This document shows, in pieces, positions 1 through 13,449 of a stretch of DNA of 64,000 nucleotides. The position numbers and the translations under genes are program-made. The first letter of the stretch is position 1, and each line of letters begins with the position of its first letter. The stretch comes from Eledone cirrhosa (Eukaryota). The DNA is taken from positions 315,394,001-315,458,000 of the forward strand of contig OZ024742.1 of NCBI GenBank assembly GCA_964016885.1, in the 5' to 3' direction. The notes under the pieces are model-generated. The model was given only the letters and a program-made list of their open reading frames with translations. It was not told the DNA's origin and ran no database searches.

Positions 1-696
1 GTGTATAGAGGAGCCAGAACCAAATGGGAAAAAATGGTAAATAATGACACAAATGGGACCTGCCCCTTGTATAGGAGCAAATTTTGGAATAGACTAGAAA
101 GAACTAGGAATAAGGTTAATAGAATAAACTCATGGTATGATAGCAATAAATACCAGAGTGTAATGTTCATCGACACAACCCCTAGAGGTGAATTAGCTTA
201 CACATTTAGAAGGGCCCTAGATAAATATAAACTCAATATTAAGATAGTAGAAAGACCAGGTACCTCCATAAAAACAGTTATTAGCAAGACATACCCTTTT
301 CAAAGACCCCCCTGTATAAATAAGAAATGTATAACCTGTAAATTAAGCCCCCATATTAACTGTAAAACTAGAAATGCAGTATATAGCATAAGATGTACTG
401 AAAGACAATGTAGAGACAAAAATACAGTATACATAGGTGAGACAGCTCGTAGTGTAAGGGAACGGATAAATGAACACTGGCGAGACCTTCAGGATAGTAA
501 AGAATCATCTGTACTCTACCAACATGCTAAAATAGAACATAGGGGTAAATTAGAGAACATAGAAATAAAAATAGAATCTACACACAGAAAAGACGCAATG
601 TTTAGACAAATCACAGAGGCAATAAACATAAAAGAATTACAACCAAAATTAAATAGAAAACATGAGTGGAACAGCAACATCACAACTTACAATTAA
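1..696 (+). CDS. Penelope-like retroelement ORF, C-terminal part (Cys-rich linker + GIY-YIG endonuclease), truncated by the window edge
   Basis: SVMFIDTTPRGELA, CxxxxCxxC...NC, AVYSIRC...VYIGETARS..ER..EH, SVLYQH...H, RQITEA, LNRKHEW. Homologous to the ORF at 10800-11390. Confidence 0.85.
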   Translation: MYRGARTKWEKMVNNDTNGTCPLYRSKFWNRLERTRNKVNRINSWYDSNKYQSVMFIDTTPRGELAYTFRRALDKYKLNIKIVERPGTSIKTVISKTYPFQRPPCINKKCITCKLSPHINCKTRNAVYSIRCTERQCRDKNTVYIGETARSVRERINEHWRDLQDSKESSVLYQHAKIEHRGKLENIEIKIESTHRKDAMFRQITEAINIKELQPKLNRKHEWNSNITTYN

Positions 697-904
697 GGAC
701 AAAATGAAAACACACACGCACATAGAACAAACAACCAACGTGTAACATGTAAATAAACAAATAAATAAACGAATATAAACACACAGAGACACCCGGATGT
801 GGCGCATGCGCAGACTGAGCACACAACACACACACAGAAACAAGATGGCGTAGGACAGAACAAAGGAGAGGCACAAAAACAAAAAACAAAGAAAAGAATC
901 CCCA

Positions 905-947
905 GTCACTGAAGAGGTCACAGAATGTGTGACGAAAGAAGTTTGAC
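905..947 (+). ncRNA. Minimal type-I hammerhead ribozyme motif, weak stem III
   Basis: gtca-CTGAAGA-g-GTCAC..GTGAC-GAAA-gaagtt-tgac. Stem I is gtca/tgac and stem II is gtcac/gtgac. Confidence 0.55.
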
Positions 948-1245
948 AATATATACATAACCATCTGGTTGTGGAACCAACCAACCAACCGGAAATTTAT
1001 AAATTCCTAAATTTATAAATTTATTATAATAAATTGAAGTGAAATCAACTGGTGCGTGTGTTTCTTATTGGCAACATGACCCTCCCAAAGTATAACAATA
1101 TCGGTTTCAACACACGTTTTCAGATAAAGAATCTTGCTAAACAAATTCAGAAACGAAATATATATATATAAATATACATATATATATATAAATATATAAA
1201 TATATATATATTAATAAATGGAAACTATATTTATAAAACCATATT

Positions 1246-1311
1246 TATTTTATTATATATATTTCAAGGGCAACCAAGGCAAATTATGGTGCGCTTTCAT
1301 CAGATCAAATA
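1246..1311 (-). ncRNA. Type-I hammerhead ribozyme
   Basis: Reverse complement of the 3562-3627 motif. Confidence 0.7.
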
Positions 1312-3561
1312 CAGATTTGTTTTATAAATAAATATTGACATACCCTGAAAAAAAGACAACCTTAACGGTTGGAGCTTCCTGGATAGTGGAGATAATATTT
1401 TATTGAAGGTAATACAAAGTTATGAGAGAGTATGCAAATGAGTGTCCGAAACGTTGAAAAGATAACGGTTTATTTAAATTAAACTGTTGGAAAAGAGGAT
1501 ATGTAAGCGAGAGAGAAGAAAAGGAAGGGGAAAGAGAGAAGAAGAAAGAAAGAACGATAGTGATAGTGAAGATAGTCAAAGTGAACGAGGAAATAAACAA
1601 AGCGTAAATATATCTAAGTGAAAGAAGAAGTGAAAGAAGAAATAAGATTAACGTGGAAGAATAATATTTAGAATGTAGGGTTCATTACGTTGTGATTATA
1701 ATATTTATAATGATAAGTTGAAAAATTAGATTAAAATTAAAAAATTAGATTAAAATTAAAAATTAAAAATCAAAATTAAAGATTAAAATTTACTTTAATA
1801 TTAAAAATTGAATTTAATATTAATATTAAAATGAAAAATGGAAAATTAAAAATTAAAAATTAAAAATTAAAAATTAAAAATTAAAAATTAAAATTAAAAC
1901 AGAAGTATTTATATTATATTAAGATGTATTATTAATAATATATTGGTTTAGATGTGTATGTTATGGATTATAAATTATTTAAATGTATAGTATTTTATAT
2001 TAGAGAAAATCTAGTATAGTTTATTAGATTAAAGTAAGTTTGGCAAAATTGTATTTATTAATAGTTGTAAGTCAAAACTTAAACATCCAAATAATTCCAA
2101 ATTTATGAAAATTTACGATATATGATTCATATATATTTAATTTATTTTCTATTATCTCTATTTCATAAATATACCTTTATATGACTACTTGAAATTCTTT
2201 TAAGAAAAATTTTCCTTGATAGACTTTCTGAAGGTTTTAGAAAATTATTGGTAAATCCTTTGAAAGATATAGAAAAACCATTATTTTCATATCTTCCAAT
2301 ATTTTATATCTTCAAACATATTTAATATATATCCAAATACTTATATATATGTGGAATGACATATGGTTTTTATATATATGTGGAATAACCTATGGTTTAC
2401 GTTTTAATTATATTCTTAAGATAAATTTTTTAACTTTATAACATTTATGACTTATAAAATAACCTATGGTTTATGTTTTAATTATATTCTTAAGATAAAT
2501 TTATCACTTCTTATAAAATAACCTATGGTTTATGTTTTAATTATATTCTTAAGATAAATTTATCACTTCTTATAAAATAACATATGGTTTATGTTTTAAT
2601 TATATTCTTAAGATAAATTTTTTAACTTTATAACATTTATGACTTCTCATAAAATGTTCTTGTTTTTTAAGTTTTTTTTATGTATCCTTGGAGTCATTTG
2701 AGTTCTTAAAAAATCACTTCTAACTTCCTTTATACTTCCTTACTGTTTTTTTATAATCTAATTAAGTAGTTTTTCCTTTGTAAACTCTCGTAAATTTTCA
2801 TAAATTTGGAATTATTTGGATGTTTAAGTTTTGACTTACAACTATTAATAAATATAATTTTGCCTAACTTACTTTAATCTAATAAACTATACTAGATTTT
2901 CTCTAATGTAAAATACTATACATTTAAATAATTTATAATCCATAACATACACATCTAAACCAATATATTATTAATAATACATCTTAATATAATATAAATA
3001 CTTCTGTTTTAATTTTAATTTTTAATTTTTAATTTTTAATTATAATATTAATATTAAATTAAATTTTTAATATTAAAGTAAATTTTAATCTTTAATTTTG
3101 ATTTTTAATTGTTAATTTTAATCTAATTTTTTAATTTTAATCTAATTTTTCAACTTATCATTATAAATATTATAATCACAACGTAATGAACCCTACATTC
3201 TAAACATTATTCTTCCACGTTAATCTTATTTCTTCTTTCACTTCTTCTTTCACTTAGATATATTTACGCTCTGTTTATTTCCTCGTTCACTTTGACTATC
3301 TTCACTATCACTATGTATAATCGTTCTTTCTTCTTCTCTCTTTCTCCTTCCTTTCTTCTCTCTCCCTTACATATACTCTTCTTCCAACAGTTTAATTTTA
3401 ATAAACCGTTATCTTTTCAACTTTTCGGACACTCATTAGCATACTCACTCATAACTTTGTATTACCCTCAATAAAATATTATCTCCACTATCCAAGTAGC
3501 TCCAACCGTTAAGGTTGTCTTTTCTCCGGATATGTCAATATTTATTTATAAAACAAATCTG

Positions 3562-3627
3562 TATTTGATCTGATGAAAGCGCACCATAATTTGCCTTGGT
3601 TGCCCTTGAAATATATATAATAAAATA
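3562..3627 (+). ncRNA. Type-I hammerhead ribozyme
   Basis: tatttgat-CTGATGA-aagcgcacca..tggttgccctt-GAAA-tatatATA-ataaaata. Stem III is a self-complementary TA run. Confidence 0.7.
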
Positions 3628-3786
3628 AATATGGTTTTATAAATATAGTTTCCATTTATTAATATATTGTGTATTTACTCCACTTATCTGTTGAGGTTTT
3701 TATATCAGTTATAAAAATGTTTAAGCTTGTTGAATCCCAACAAATTAAATATAACCTCTGCATAAATATATATATATGTAAATATA

Positions 3787-3971
<185 letters not shown>

Positions 3972-4209
3972 GTTGTAAATATGACTGCACTCTAGTTTGA
4001 TCATTTTTATTAATGATGTTTCATTTTTCTTAGTTTTCCTAACTTCATCCATGTATTAACACTTTGAAGTCTTCGTGGCTTCAACTTCGGAATCAGGTTA
4101 TATAAAATGTAATAATATATTCTGATATAAAAATGCGCAATATAATAACTTGTTCATAATGTATTATATTTCATAATCACATGACAATTCTAGGCTGAAT
4201 TTACATTTA

Positions 4210-4505
4210 GTGACACTCCGTCGGTTACGACGACTAGTGTTCCAGTTGATACGATCAACGGAACAGCCTGCTCGCAAAATTCACTTACAAGTGGCTGAGC
4301 ATTCCACAAACACGCGCACCTTTAACGTATTTCTCGGGGGGATTCAGCGTGACACGAATTACAGGTACAACTCATTTTTCCCAACTGAGTGGACTAGAGC
4401 AACGTGAAATAAAGTGTCCTACTGAAGGACACAGCGCATTGCCGGGAATCGAACTCACGACCTTACGATTGCGAGCCGAATACCCTATCGACAAAGCCAC
4501 GCACC
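4210..4505 (-). mobile_element. tRNA-derived SINE, family B (CORE-like central domain)
   Basis: Reverse-complement match to 41880-42195. B-box GAGTTCGATTCCC on the minus strand. Confidence 0.7.
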
Positions 4506-4531
4506 TTCATAATAGGAAATAACACACTAAA

Positions 4532-4944
4532 GGGCGGTCGATTGGCAGTATCGGTAGAGGGTCGGACGCTATGCTTTGCAGCAAAGAGTCGCGGCCCTTT
4601 ATGGTCTGAGTTCAAATCCCGCCGAAGTTAACTTTGCCTTTCATCCTTACGGGGTCGATAAAATAAGTACCAGTAATACACTGGGATAATTGCTGGCCTT
4701 GTGCCAAAAGTAGAAACAATTATTACGGGAGCAGGGTGGTGAATTGGCAGTATCGGTAGAGCGTCGGACAACATGCTTCATGACATAGAGTCATGGCCGT
4801 TTACGTTCTGAGTTCATACCCCGCCGAGGTTAGCTTTGTCTTTCATCCTTACGGGGTCGCTCAAATAAAGTACCAGTAACTCACTGCAGTCGATTTAATC
4901 CTACCCAAATGGTTGGCCTTGTGTCTAAATTAGAAGCCATTATT
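4532..4944 (+). mobile_element. Two tandem tRNA-derived SINEs, family A (4532-4723, 4734-4944)
   Basis: A-box TGGCAGTATCGG, B-box GAGTTCAAATCC, body CTTTCATCCTTACGGGGTCGATAAAATAAAGTACCAG and tail AGAAACAATTATT. About 20 copies occur in the window. Confidence 0.85.
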
Positions 4945-5294
4945 ACTGGAGCATTTTTAAATAAACAAGCGATCAGTAACTTTATAATTTTAAAAGTAAT
5001 TCCTTTTTAAAAGATCAATTAAACACATCCTCACGGGTAGGAGAGTCACTCTTCTATTTTGATACCCTTTAACGTACAAACAGCTACGCCCAATTTGGCA
5101 TTCCCAAATATCTTCTAGTTTTAGAGTTCAGCCATTTTGAACACTAGTAAGTGTTAGTTAACAGTGATGTGCTTAGTTGGTTGTTCCTAAAAAAGAATGT
5201 TTCTTATATGTTACTAAATGTTGATCCAAAGTTTTTTCCAAACCTCACTCAAAAATAATAATGGTCGATTATCAAAACCGATTAATCCATGCAA

Positions 5295-5374
<80 letters not shown>

Positions 5375-5561
5375 TTTATACTCTGCTATGTATTGAGTAC
5401 CTTACTTACTGTGGTTACCTCCGATTCAACCCGGAATAACGTATATATATATATATATATATATTGCACATATAAGCACATATATGGGTATTTGATTCAT
5501 ATATATATATATATTGAAATATATATTCATACATACACACGCACACATATATGCCTACGTA

Positions 5562-5656
<95 letters not shown>

Positions 5657-5705
5657 TGCACATATAAACATATATATGGGTGTTTAATTATGTATATATA
5701 TATAC

Positions 5706-6325
<620 letters not shown>

Positions 6326-6864
6326 ATACGTTAAATTTATATCTACACATATAATAGTTTAATCCAGGATGTGTAAATATGGATGTAAATATACACATTG
6401 TGTATATAGGCATTTAAACAAATATACATATTTCCCTCTGAGCTGAAAAAATTAACGTAAACTTTGACTGTTTTGTGCACAATTTAATATATATTGAAAT
6501 TAAGTAACATAGGCTCTAATGATATATACGATATGAATTAGTACGTTCTTTCGTGATTACTAAATTTAAAAGGCTTTATAAGGCCACCAGTTACGTATTT
6601 CCTTGTGGTGGTTTGATGTACATATACTCTGGTGAAACCCTAAATAGAGTCGAAAATAGATTAAGAATATTAATAAGGTTTTTTTTTTTTTCAAATTATG
6701 GGTATGTAAATTTGGCATGCTTATGTGTCTTTAAACAGTGTGTATATTTATATACACATTTACAAAATTTCGGTTAAACACAGTAGCATATGTGTACAGA
6801 TAAAAATATAACATTTATACACACACACACACACACAAATGCGTGAGTGACTCTGTGTGTGTGC

Positions 6865-6897
<33 letters not shown>

Positions 6898-6904
6898 AGT
6901 GTGT

Positions 6905-6936
<32 letters not shown>

Positions 6937-7258
6937 CTGTGTATCTGTGTGTGTGAGTGTGTGTGTGTGAGTGAGTGTGTGTGTGTGTATGAGTGTGTGT
7001 GTGTGTGTGAGTGTGTGAGTGTGTGCGTGCGTGTGTGCATATTCGTATACTGGGATATTATTGAAGCCATTGATTTCTACTATAAGCACAAGATTAAAAT
7101 CTAGGCTAGGAGTGATCGATTCGAGCTATTTCTCCAATCACTAACACTATAATATCGATGATAAAAGGAAATATATATATTACTTATAAACTTTGATATA
7201 TTCCTTTATTCTGAGTGTGCATCGATGTGGATTGCTTCAACATACATACTCGGCTTTG

Positions 7259-7295
<37 letters not shown>

Positions 7296-7407
7296 CGTTA
7301 TACCTGTATATATATATATGTATATATATATGTGTGTGTGTGTATATGTGTGTGTGTATATATATATATATGTGTGTGTGTATATATATATATGTTATAT
7401 GTGTGTG

Positions 7408-7438
<31 letters not shown>

Positions 7439-7884
7439 ATGTGTGTATAGTAGGTAACCAAGACTGAAACACTGTGTATACAAATTTACACATTTTTAAT
7501 ATGTAGGCATGTAAACATATGTATATAACACACATATTTTCTAATATTAATCTTAGTTTATATATAACTGAGTGTATATGTGTGCGTGCGCAGGTGAATT
7601 TGAAATATGTGCGTCCTAACGCAAATGACCATAGTTGATCACTATATTATTTGCGAAAGTATCACCGGGGACGGAGAAACGTGGACAAAGGCATCTGCAA
7701 GAGAGAGAAGGAGACCAACAACGAGAGAGAGAGACCGACAGTGAGAGAGAGAAAGAGACCGACAACGAGAGAGAGAGACCGACAGTGAGAGAGAGAAAGA
7801 GACCGAGAGAGAGAAAGAGACCAATCGTGAAAGAGAGTGAGACCGACAGCGAGAGACATCGATATCGAGAGAAAAACGGATAGC

Positions 7885-7939
<55 letters not shown>

Positions 7940-8394
7940 AGAGAGAGAATGATTGCGTGAGAGAGACTGAATATATCTTGACTTCTGTTTACCTGTAAGT
8001 ACACAATATATTGAACAGTGAACTATACCATTTAGTGTGTCTTTTCTTCTATAAACCCTATCTCTGAATGGAGAGACATTGGTGCAGTGCAGTAGAGCTT
8101 CATACCACTGATAATATTTAACAAGATGCTAGAAACACTGTTGCATATGTAAAGTAGATGCTGTTGTCCAATCAGAACTATCCTAGTAGTTTTCGTTACA
8201 TTAGTAGTGAAGCAAATGAGTAAAATGTAAAATTTATTTACAATATTTTTACACGATCAATAGATGTAAGAGTTTCTTCTTTAATTTATGTATGTGTGTA
8301 AATGTGTATAAGTGCGTTTGTATCAGTATATGAAATCCCACACACTTTAGGTGATCAAAATGTCTTGGGGTGGGATAATCTCATATTAGTGAAG

Positions 8395-8700
8395 GCGCAT
8401 GGTTAGAGAGTCGGATTCATAATCAATAGGTTGTGAGTTCGGATGCCAGATATTGCGATGCGTATTTTACGTTGTTCCAGTTCATTCCGCTATGGAAATG
8501 AGTTGCGACGTCACTGGTGCCAAGTGGTACCGGCTTTTGCTTTTTCCTTGGACAACATTGGTTGGCGACGAGTGGGGAAACTGGTACGCATGAGCAACTG
8601 TTTATCTCTCACAAAAGCAATTTGTCCACGCTTGTACCTCGGAGGGGAACTTTCTAGGTGTAAATTCTACGGTCATTCGTGAGCGAAGAGGGTCTTTACC
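8395..8700 (+). mobile_element. Degenerate tRNA-derived SINE
   Basis: GGCGCATGGTTAGAGAGTCGG..GAGTTCGGATGCC head followed by a TCCAGTTCA body related to family B. Confidence 0.55.
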
Positions 8701-9244
8701 CTTTATTAATGATTTTCTATAAATGTGAAGCTTGAGAAATCTTTGAGGGATGTATAAGGGATTGGTGATATTCATGCTTATCCTCAAGAGATGATTAGAA
8801 ACACAATGAAAAAAATATTATTTCTGGAAATCGAACACGGGTCACACATTCACCTGGTTTTTGTCTACCCTTCTCAATGATAATAGTTTCTATTTTAGAC
8901 ATAAAACCAGCGAGTAATTTGCGGAGGGGCATTCAATCGATACCAGTACTTGACTGGTACTTTATTCCATCGACCCCAGAAGGTTGAACGGCAAAATTAA
9001 CCTGGCAGTATGTCTTCACACGATGTAAACACAGCATTTTATCCGATGCTCTGCCGATGTTGTCAGTCCATCACCATCATAATATTAAATATGTGTTAAT
9101 AAAAGGTTTTTCATGGCGGATGAAGATGTAGTTATATAAAAATAAAGTGTGGAGCAAAATGATATAATAATATAATATATATAAGTACATAAAAACAGAA
9201 AATACATAGAATAAATTGGCAAATATACATTTGTGCATGTATGT

Positions 9245-9279
<35 letters not shown>

Positions 9280-9337
9280 AAGGCTCTGATACCATCAACA
9301 CTATAAACACAGAGCTGGCATATCTAAGAACTGACTA

Positions 9338-9393
9338 ACTGCCTGATGAGGTCATAGCCATTCAATGGCTATCATCGAAATATATATAGCAGT
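9338..9393 (+). ncRNA. Type-I hammerhead ribozyme in a short PLE-type 3' end (about 9080-9440)
   Basis: actgc-CTGATGA-ggtcatagccatt-c-aatggctatcatc-GAAA-tatatATA-gcagt. The 5 bp stem I is perfect and stem II is long. Confidence 0.8.
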
Positions 9394-9434
9394 AAATAAA
9401 GGATGATGAGTTCATGCAATTGACTTATGTTTCG

Positions 9435-9475
<41 letters not shown>

Positions 9476-9478
<3 letters not shown>

Positions 9479-9677
9479 AACGAGTAGGACCCCGACGGCT
9501 GAGCTCAAGCCGTTTCGACGGCTAATTCTGGACTAAAAAAGTCCAGAATTAGCCGTCGAAACGGCTTGCGCTCAGCCGTCGGGGTCCTATTCGTTCCTAT
9601 TACCCACTCTACTACCCTAAGTATTGATTACTTTGTTGCGTTATGGTCCATCTGGTTCCTTACCACATTTCCTTCGT

Positions 9678-9680
<3 letters not shown>
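9476..9680 (+). mobile_element. Short fold-back element in (TA)n: palindrome (9476-9598) plus unique tail
   Basis: Arms of about 59 bp flank an AAAAA loop. A sibling copy lies at 49752-49961. It contains GAAACGGC..GCCGTC, the 3' half of a hammerhead. Confidence 0.8.
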
Positions 9681-9708
<28 letters not shown>

Positions 9709-10189
9709 ATAATAATAAATTTGAAAATTAAAATCCAAAGAGGGCTCGATAAGGATAAATATATATCAAATATATAAGAACCGTAGAGCAAATATTTATT
9801 AAAATAACAGATTAAATTTTAAGCAAAGAATCGCTGCATTCACCCTTAACGTGATCTTCTGAAACTAACAAAGTCAATCTGTAAACGCAGAAGTGGATAT
9901 TTCAAAAAACGTTACAACCGGAGGAAGACAGGAAGACGATACTTCGGTTCGTGGAAACGTTCCCTGGCAAAGAACGGGAAAATACGAATATAATACGTCA
10001 TTAATAGGAGCGGTGAAAAACAATTACGCGCAAAGACAGAACCACGTTTATGGTATAAAAGAGGTCGTAGACTAATGTTCTCTTAGGTGGTTCATAGAGA
10101 CGTTCTGGCAATGAACGAATAAAACGAAGATAATACGTCATATGTGGATCGTAGAGAACAATTGCACGCAAATTGCAAGAGAACGTGTT

Positions 10190-10261
<72 letters not shown>

Positions 10262-10511
10262 GTTTTGCGAGGTTTTTTATATGAAATCGTGTGTCGAAAC
10301 AAATATTGTTATATTTGGGGAGGGTCATATTTGTGTAATATTGCCAGAATTAATAACAGAACACACTCACTGTTTGGTTGGTTTTCGCTTTTCGCTTCTG
10401 TGTCTTTTATATCGGTAATCTAATTTATTCGGTCCTCAATGTTGCCATTGACTGACCGACGGTCAAAAATAATACAGATACAATATAGACACAAACACAT
10501 ATATATAGTTT

Positions 10512-10553
10512 ATCAGAAATCTTTCGTTGCACATCTGCAACATCGTCAGTGGT
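10512..10553 (-). ncRNA. Minimal type-I hammerhead ribozyme
   Basis: acca-CTGACGA-t-GTTGCA-gatg-TGCAAC-GAAAG-at-TTC-tgat. It occupies the same position as the 905 motif in the sibling element. Confidence 0.65.
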
Positions 10554-10799
10554 GCTATTGTTTCCTCCTGTTGCATTGTATGTCTACGCCATTTTTATTT
10601 AGTCTGTCTGTATATTTATTTATTTATTTGCTTGTTTGTTTATTTTATTTTGTCTTCTTTGCGCATGCGTTTGCGTGTGTGTATAGTGTTTTGTTTGATG
10701 TGTGTTCGTGATTGGGTGACTAGTGTGTGTTTATATGTGTTTGTTGTTATTGTGCTTGTGTATGTATTTATTTATTTATTTATCTATTTATTTACTTAT

Positions 10800-11390
10800 C
10801 TATACTTCTTTTAGGTCAGTGTTGTTTGTTTGGGTGTTGTTGTTATTCCATTCATTCTTTCTGTTTAGTCTTGGCCTTCTAAGTTCTATTTCACTGGCCT
10901 CTCTGATTTGCCTATCTGCTGGGTCATTTCTATGTTTAGATATTATTCTAATTTCTATGTTGTCTATGTTACTGTCGTGTTGTTGTCTGACATGTTCGTA
11001 TAGTACTGACCCGTTTTTTCGTCCTTTTAGTTCCCCCCAGTGTTGGTCTATCCTTTCACCTATGCTACGAGCTGTCTCACCTATGTATGTTGTTGTCATG
11101 TTTCTGCAAGTACCCTCTGTACATCTTATGCTATAGACTATGTTTCTAGTTTTACAGTTTATCCGGGGGTTTACCTTACATATGATACATTTCCTATTAG
11201 TACAGTGGGTTTTATTAAAAGGGTAGGTTTTGCTGATCAGGGATTTTATGGTGGTTCCTGGCTTTTCTACCACCTTAATTTTTAAGTGGGTCTTTCTCAG
11301 GGCCTTTCTATACTGGTTAGCTAATTTTCCTCCAGGTGTAGCGTCCACAAACATGACACTCTGGTATCTCTGGTTGTCGTACCATGAGGT
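10800..11390 (-). pseudogene. PLE GIY-YIG endonuclease C-terminal fragment
   Basis: SWYD..RYQSVMFVDATPGGKLA...CTNRKCIIC...IVYSIRC...YIGETARS...EH..QH...RQIREA...LNRKNEW. Confidence 0.85.
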
Positions 11391-11598
11391 GGCTTATAAA
11401 CTATATATATGTGTTTGTGTCTATATTGTATCTGTATTATTTTTTACCGTCGGTCAGTCAATGGTAACATTGAGGACCGAATAAATTAGATTACCAATAT
11501 AAAAGACACAGAAGTGAAAAGCGAAAACCAACCAAACAGTGAGTGTGTTCTGTTATTAATTCTGGCAATATTACACAAATATGACCCTCCCCAAGTAT

Positions 11599-11639
<41 letters not shown>

Positions 11640-12768
11640 AACACACGCACACAAGTAGTCAGTCCGCACACAGCTAAAAGGCCGACACCTAGGTTGGTTC
11701 AAAATAAATACCCGCTGGCTCAAGCCACATCTCATTCCTCGTACTGGAATATGATGTAATAAAAGTACCTGTGAACTTCTGTATTGGACTAGGCAAAACC
11801 CATTCCAAGCCCTCTGGACATGCTAGTTTATATTTACGATAAACTATCTTACTTACATGTCCAACGATATCCTCCAACTGACCACGTTTTCTTGGTTATT
11901 TTAGCACTACCTCTACATACTGTTATAAAATCAATAATAAACCTAGGACATGCCATTGCCAACATCTTTGACAGTGACCCTATTATTGCATTGACCCATA
12001 TATTGCAATATGTGTGGGCAAATGTGTGGCTTGCATGTTTGTTGCTTTGTCAATTTTAAAAACCAGCACACGCTCCTGTAAACCCCCATCCCGGTTTGTA
12101 TAGAAAATATCGTTACACAACGACCAGAGCTACCTAGAATTGTTCTTTAGATAGGATAAGGAGACACTTTCCACATATAACTTTCAGGATATTGGGGACT
12201 TTCCTCTTGTTTTGCTCTCGAAATAAGAATTCTGACAAAGAAATAATGATTTTCGACAGACACAAAGCCTCGAATTGTGGTGGGGCATAGTTAATTTAAT
12301 CAACTACAGTCATGATTAGCACTTCTTTTAGCAACACTGGAAGTGTAAGCGTTGACCAAGGTGACATTTGAGCATCAACTGTAACTAGATATGAAAGGAC
12401 ATTTCTTCCAAGTAGTTTATCAATTCTACCACTTATTTCCATAAAACTAAGAATTATTTCTGGCAAAGGAATAATAAGACTTCCAATTTTTATAGAAGCC
12501 GAATTTTCATTTCGAAAGGAGGAAAAAATAGACAACAGGATTTGTACATAGAACGTTTAAGAGTGCTTTTATGTTCTATTTCAAAAATAGTTAACAGGCT
12601 TGGGAAAGATTACTTGTCCAAATAATAAATTGCTTTCTACATTAATGGAACAAAAACCAGGGCTGCATATCAACCCAACGGATCGAGTTATATGACAGCA
12701 ATAATTTTTTGATTTGTGTGTGCGTGCGTGTGTGTATGTGTGTGTTTGTGTGCGTGTAAACATAAGTT

Positions 12769-12800
<32 letters not shown>

Positions 12801-13449
12801 TATGAAGAACAATAAAAGAAGAATAAAGACCAAATGCGGTACGAAAAAAAGAATTAAAAAGATGTATTTTTTGTTGCATTTTACTTTTGTTTTTCCTTTC
12901 AATGTTTTATTTAAACCTTTCGCCACCAATTTACCTGAAATCAGCTTGGTTCTATGATACAATACTCTTTCTTTTATGTTTATCAAAAAGCCTTCCATCA
13001 TAATTTTATTTAAGAACCTTTATTGCAAATCCACCTTGAGGAAGAAAGAGTTACTTACAGTACTAAGTCCTTCCAAATTCTGAATTATTTTCGAAATTAA
13101 TTGAAAATCATAGGAAGAGTTTTTCATTAGAAACATTATAAAAGGGGTGCATTGAACTCTGGTGACAGGATATGGACGAGAAACAATCAAATAGAAAAGA
13201 TTGACAGCTGTCTTAACTCAGCTGTGGCAACAAATGTTATATACCCAGTCATATGTATTCGATTTGTTCAGTTGTCAATGATTACAAACATTTAGAGAGA
13301 TGCTGCAACGTCAAATCTAAGACATTGACTTGAATTTTTCCGTCACTAAATTATGTTTTACTTCAACAGAACAGCGGGTACTAGCTGGTTACTGAACCTA
13401 ATAGACATATTGCTATACATAGGGAAGAAATAAATTACCCAAATTACAT

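Larger units (their letters stand above)
1..1160 (+). mobile_element. PLE 3' end (ORF + 3' UTR/pLTR with HHR motif) ending at a (TA)n tract
   Basis: The terminal sequence ATGACCCTCCCAAAGTATAACAATA is shared with the 10262-11604 element. Confidence 0.75.
1210..3666. mobile_element. Large inverted-repeat element (arms about 1210-2118 and 2788-3666), PLE 3' UTR type, with an HHR in each arm
   Basis: The arms are near-identical reverse complements. The roughly 670 bp spacer contains a ~61 bp tandem repeat (2385-2650). A TA-rich tract lies on the left. Confidence 0.85.
10262..11604 (-). mobile_element. 5'-truncated PLE with an inverted copy of its 3' pLTR at the 5' junction, inserted in (TA)n
   Basis: 10305-10509 is the reverse complement of 11397-11604. 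A GIY-YIG ORF lies between them and both flanks are (TA)n. Confidence 0.88.

Noticed and set aside
4532-4625. tRNA genes at SINE heads
   Set aside because: A and B boxes are present, but there is no complete cloverleaf and each is followed by a SINE body.
9820-9870. Hammerhead-like remnant on the minus strand (CAGAAGA-TCAC..GTGA)
   Set aside because: Both core boxes are mutated, so the call cannot be supported.
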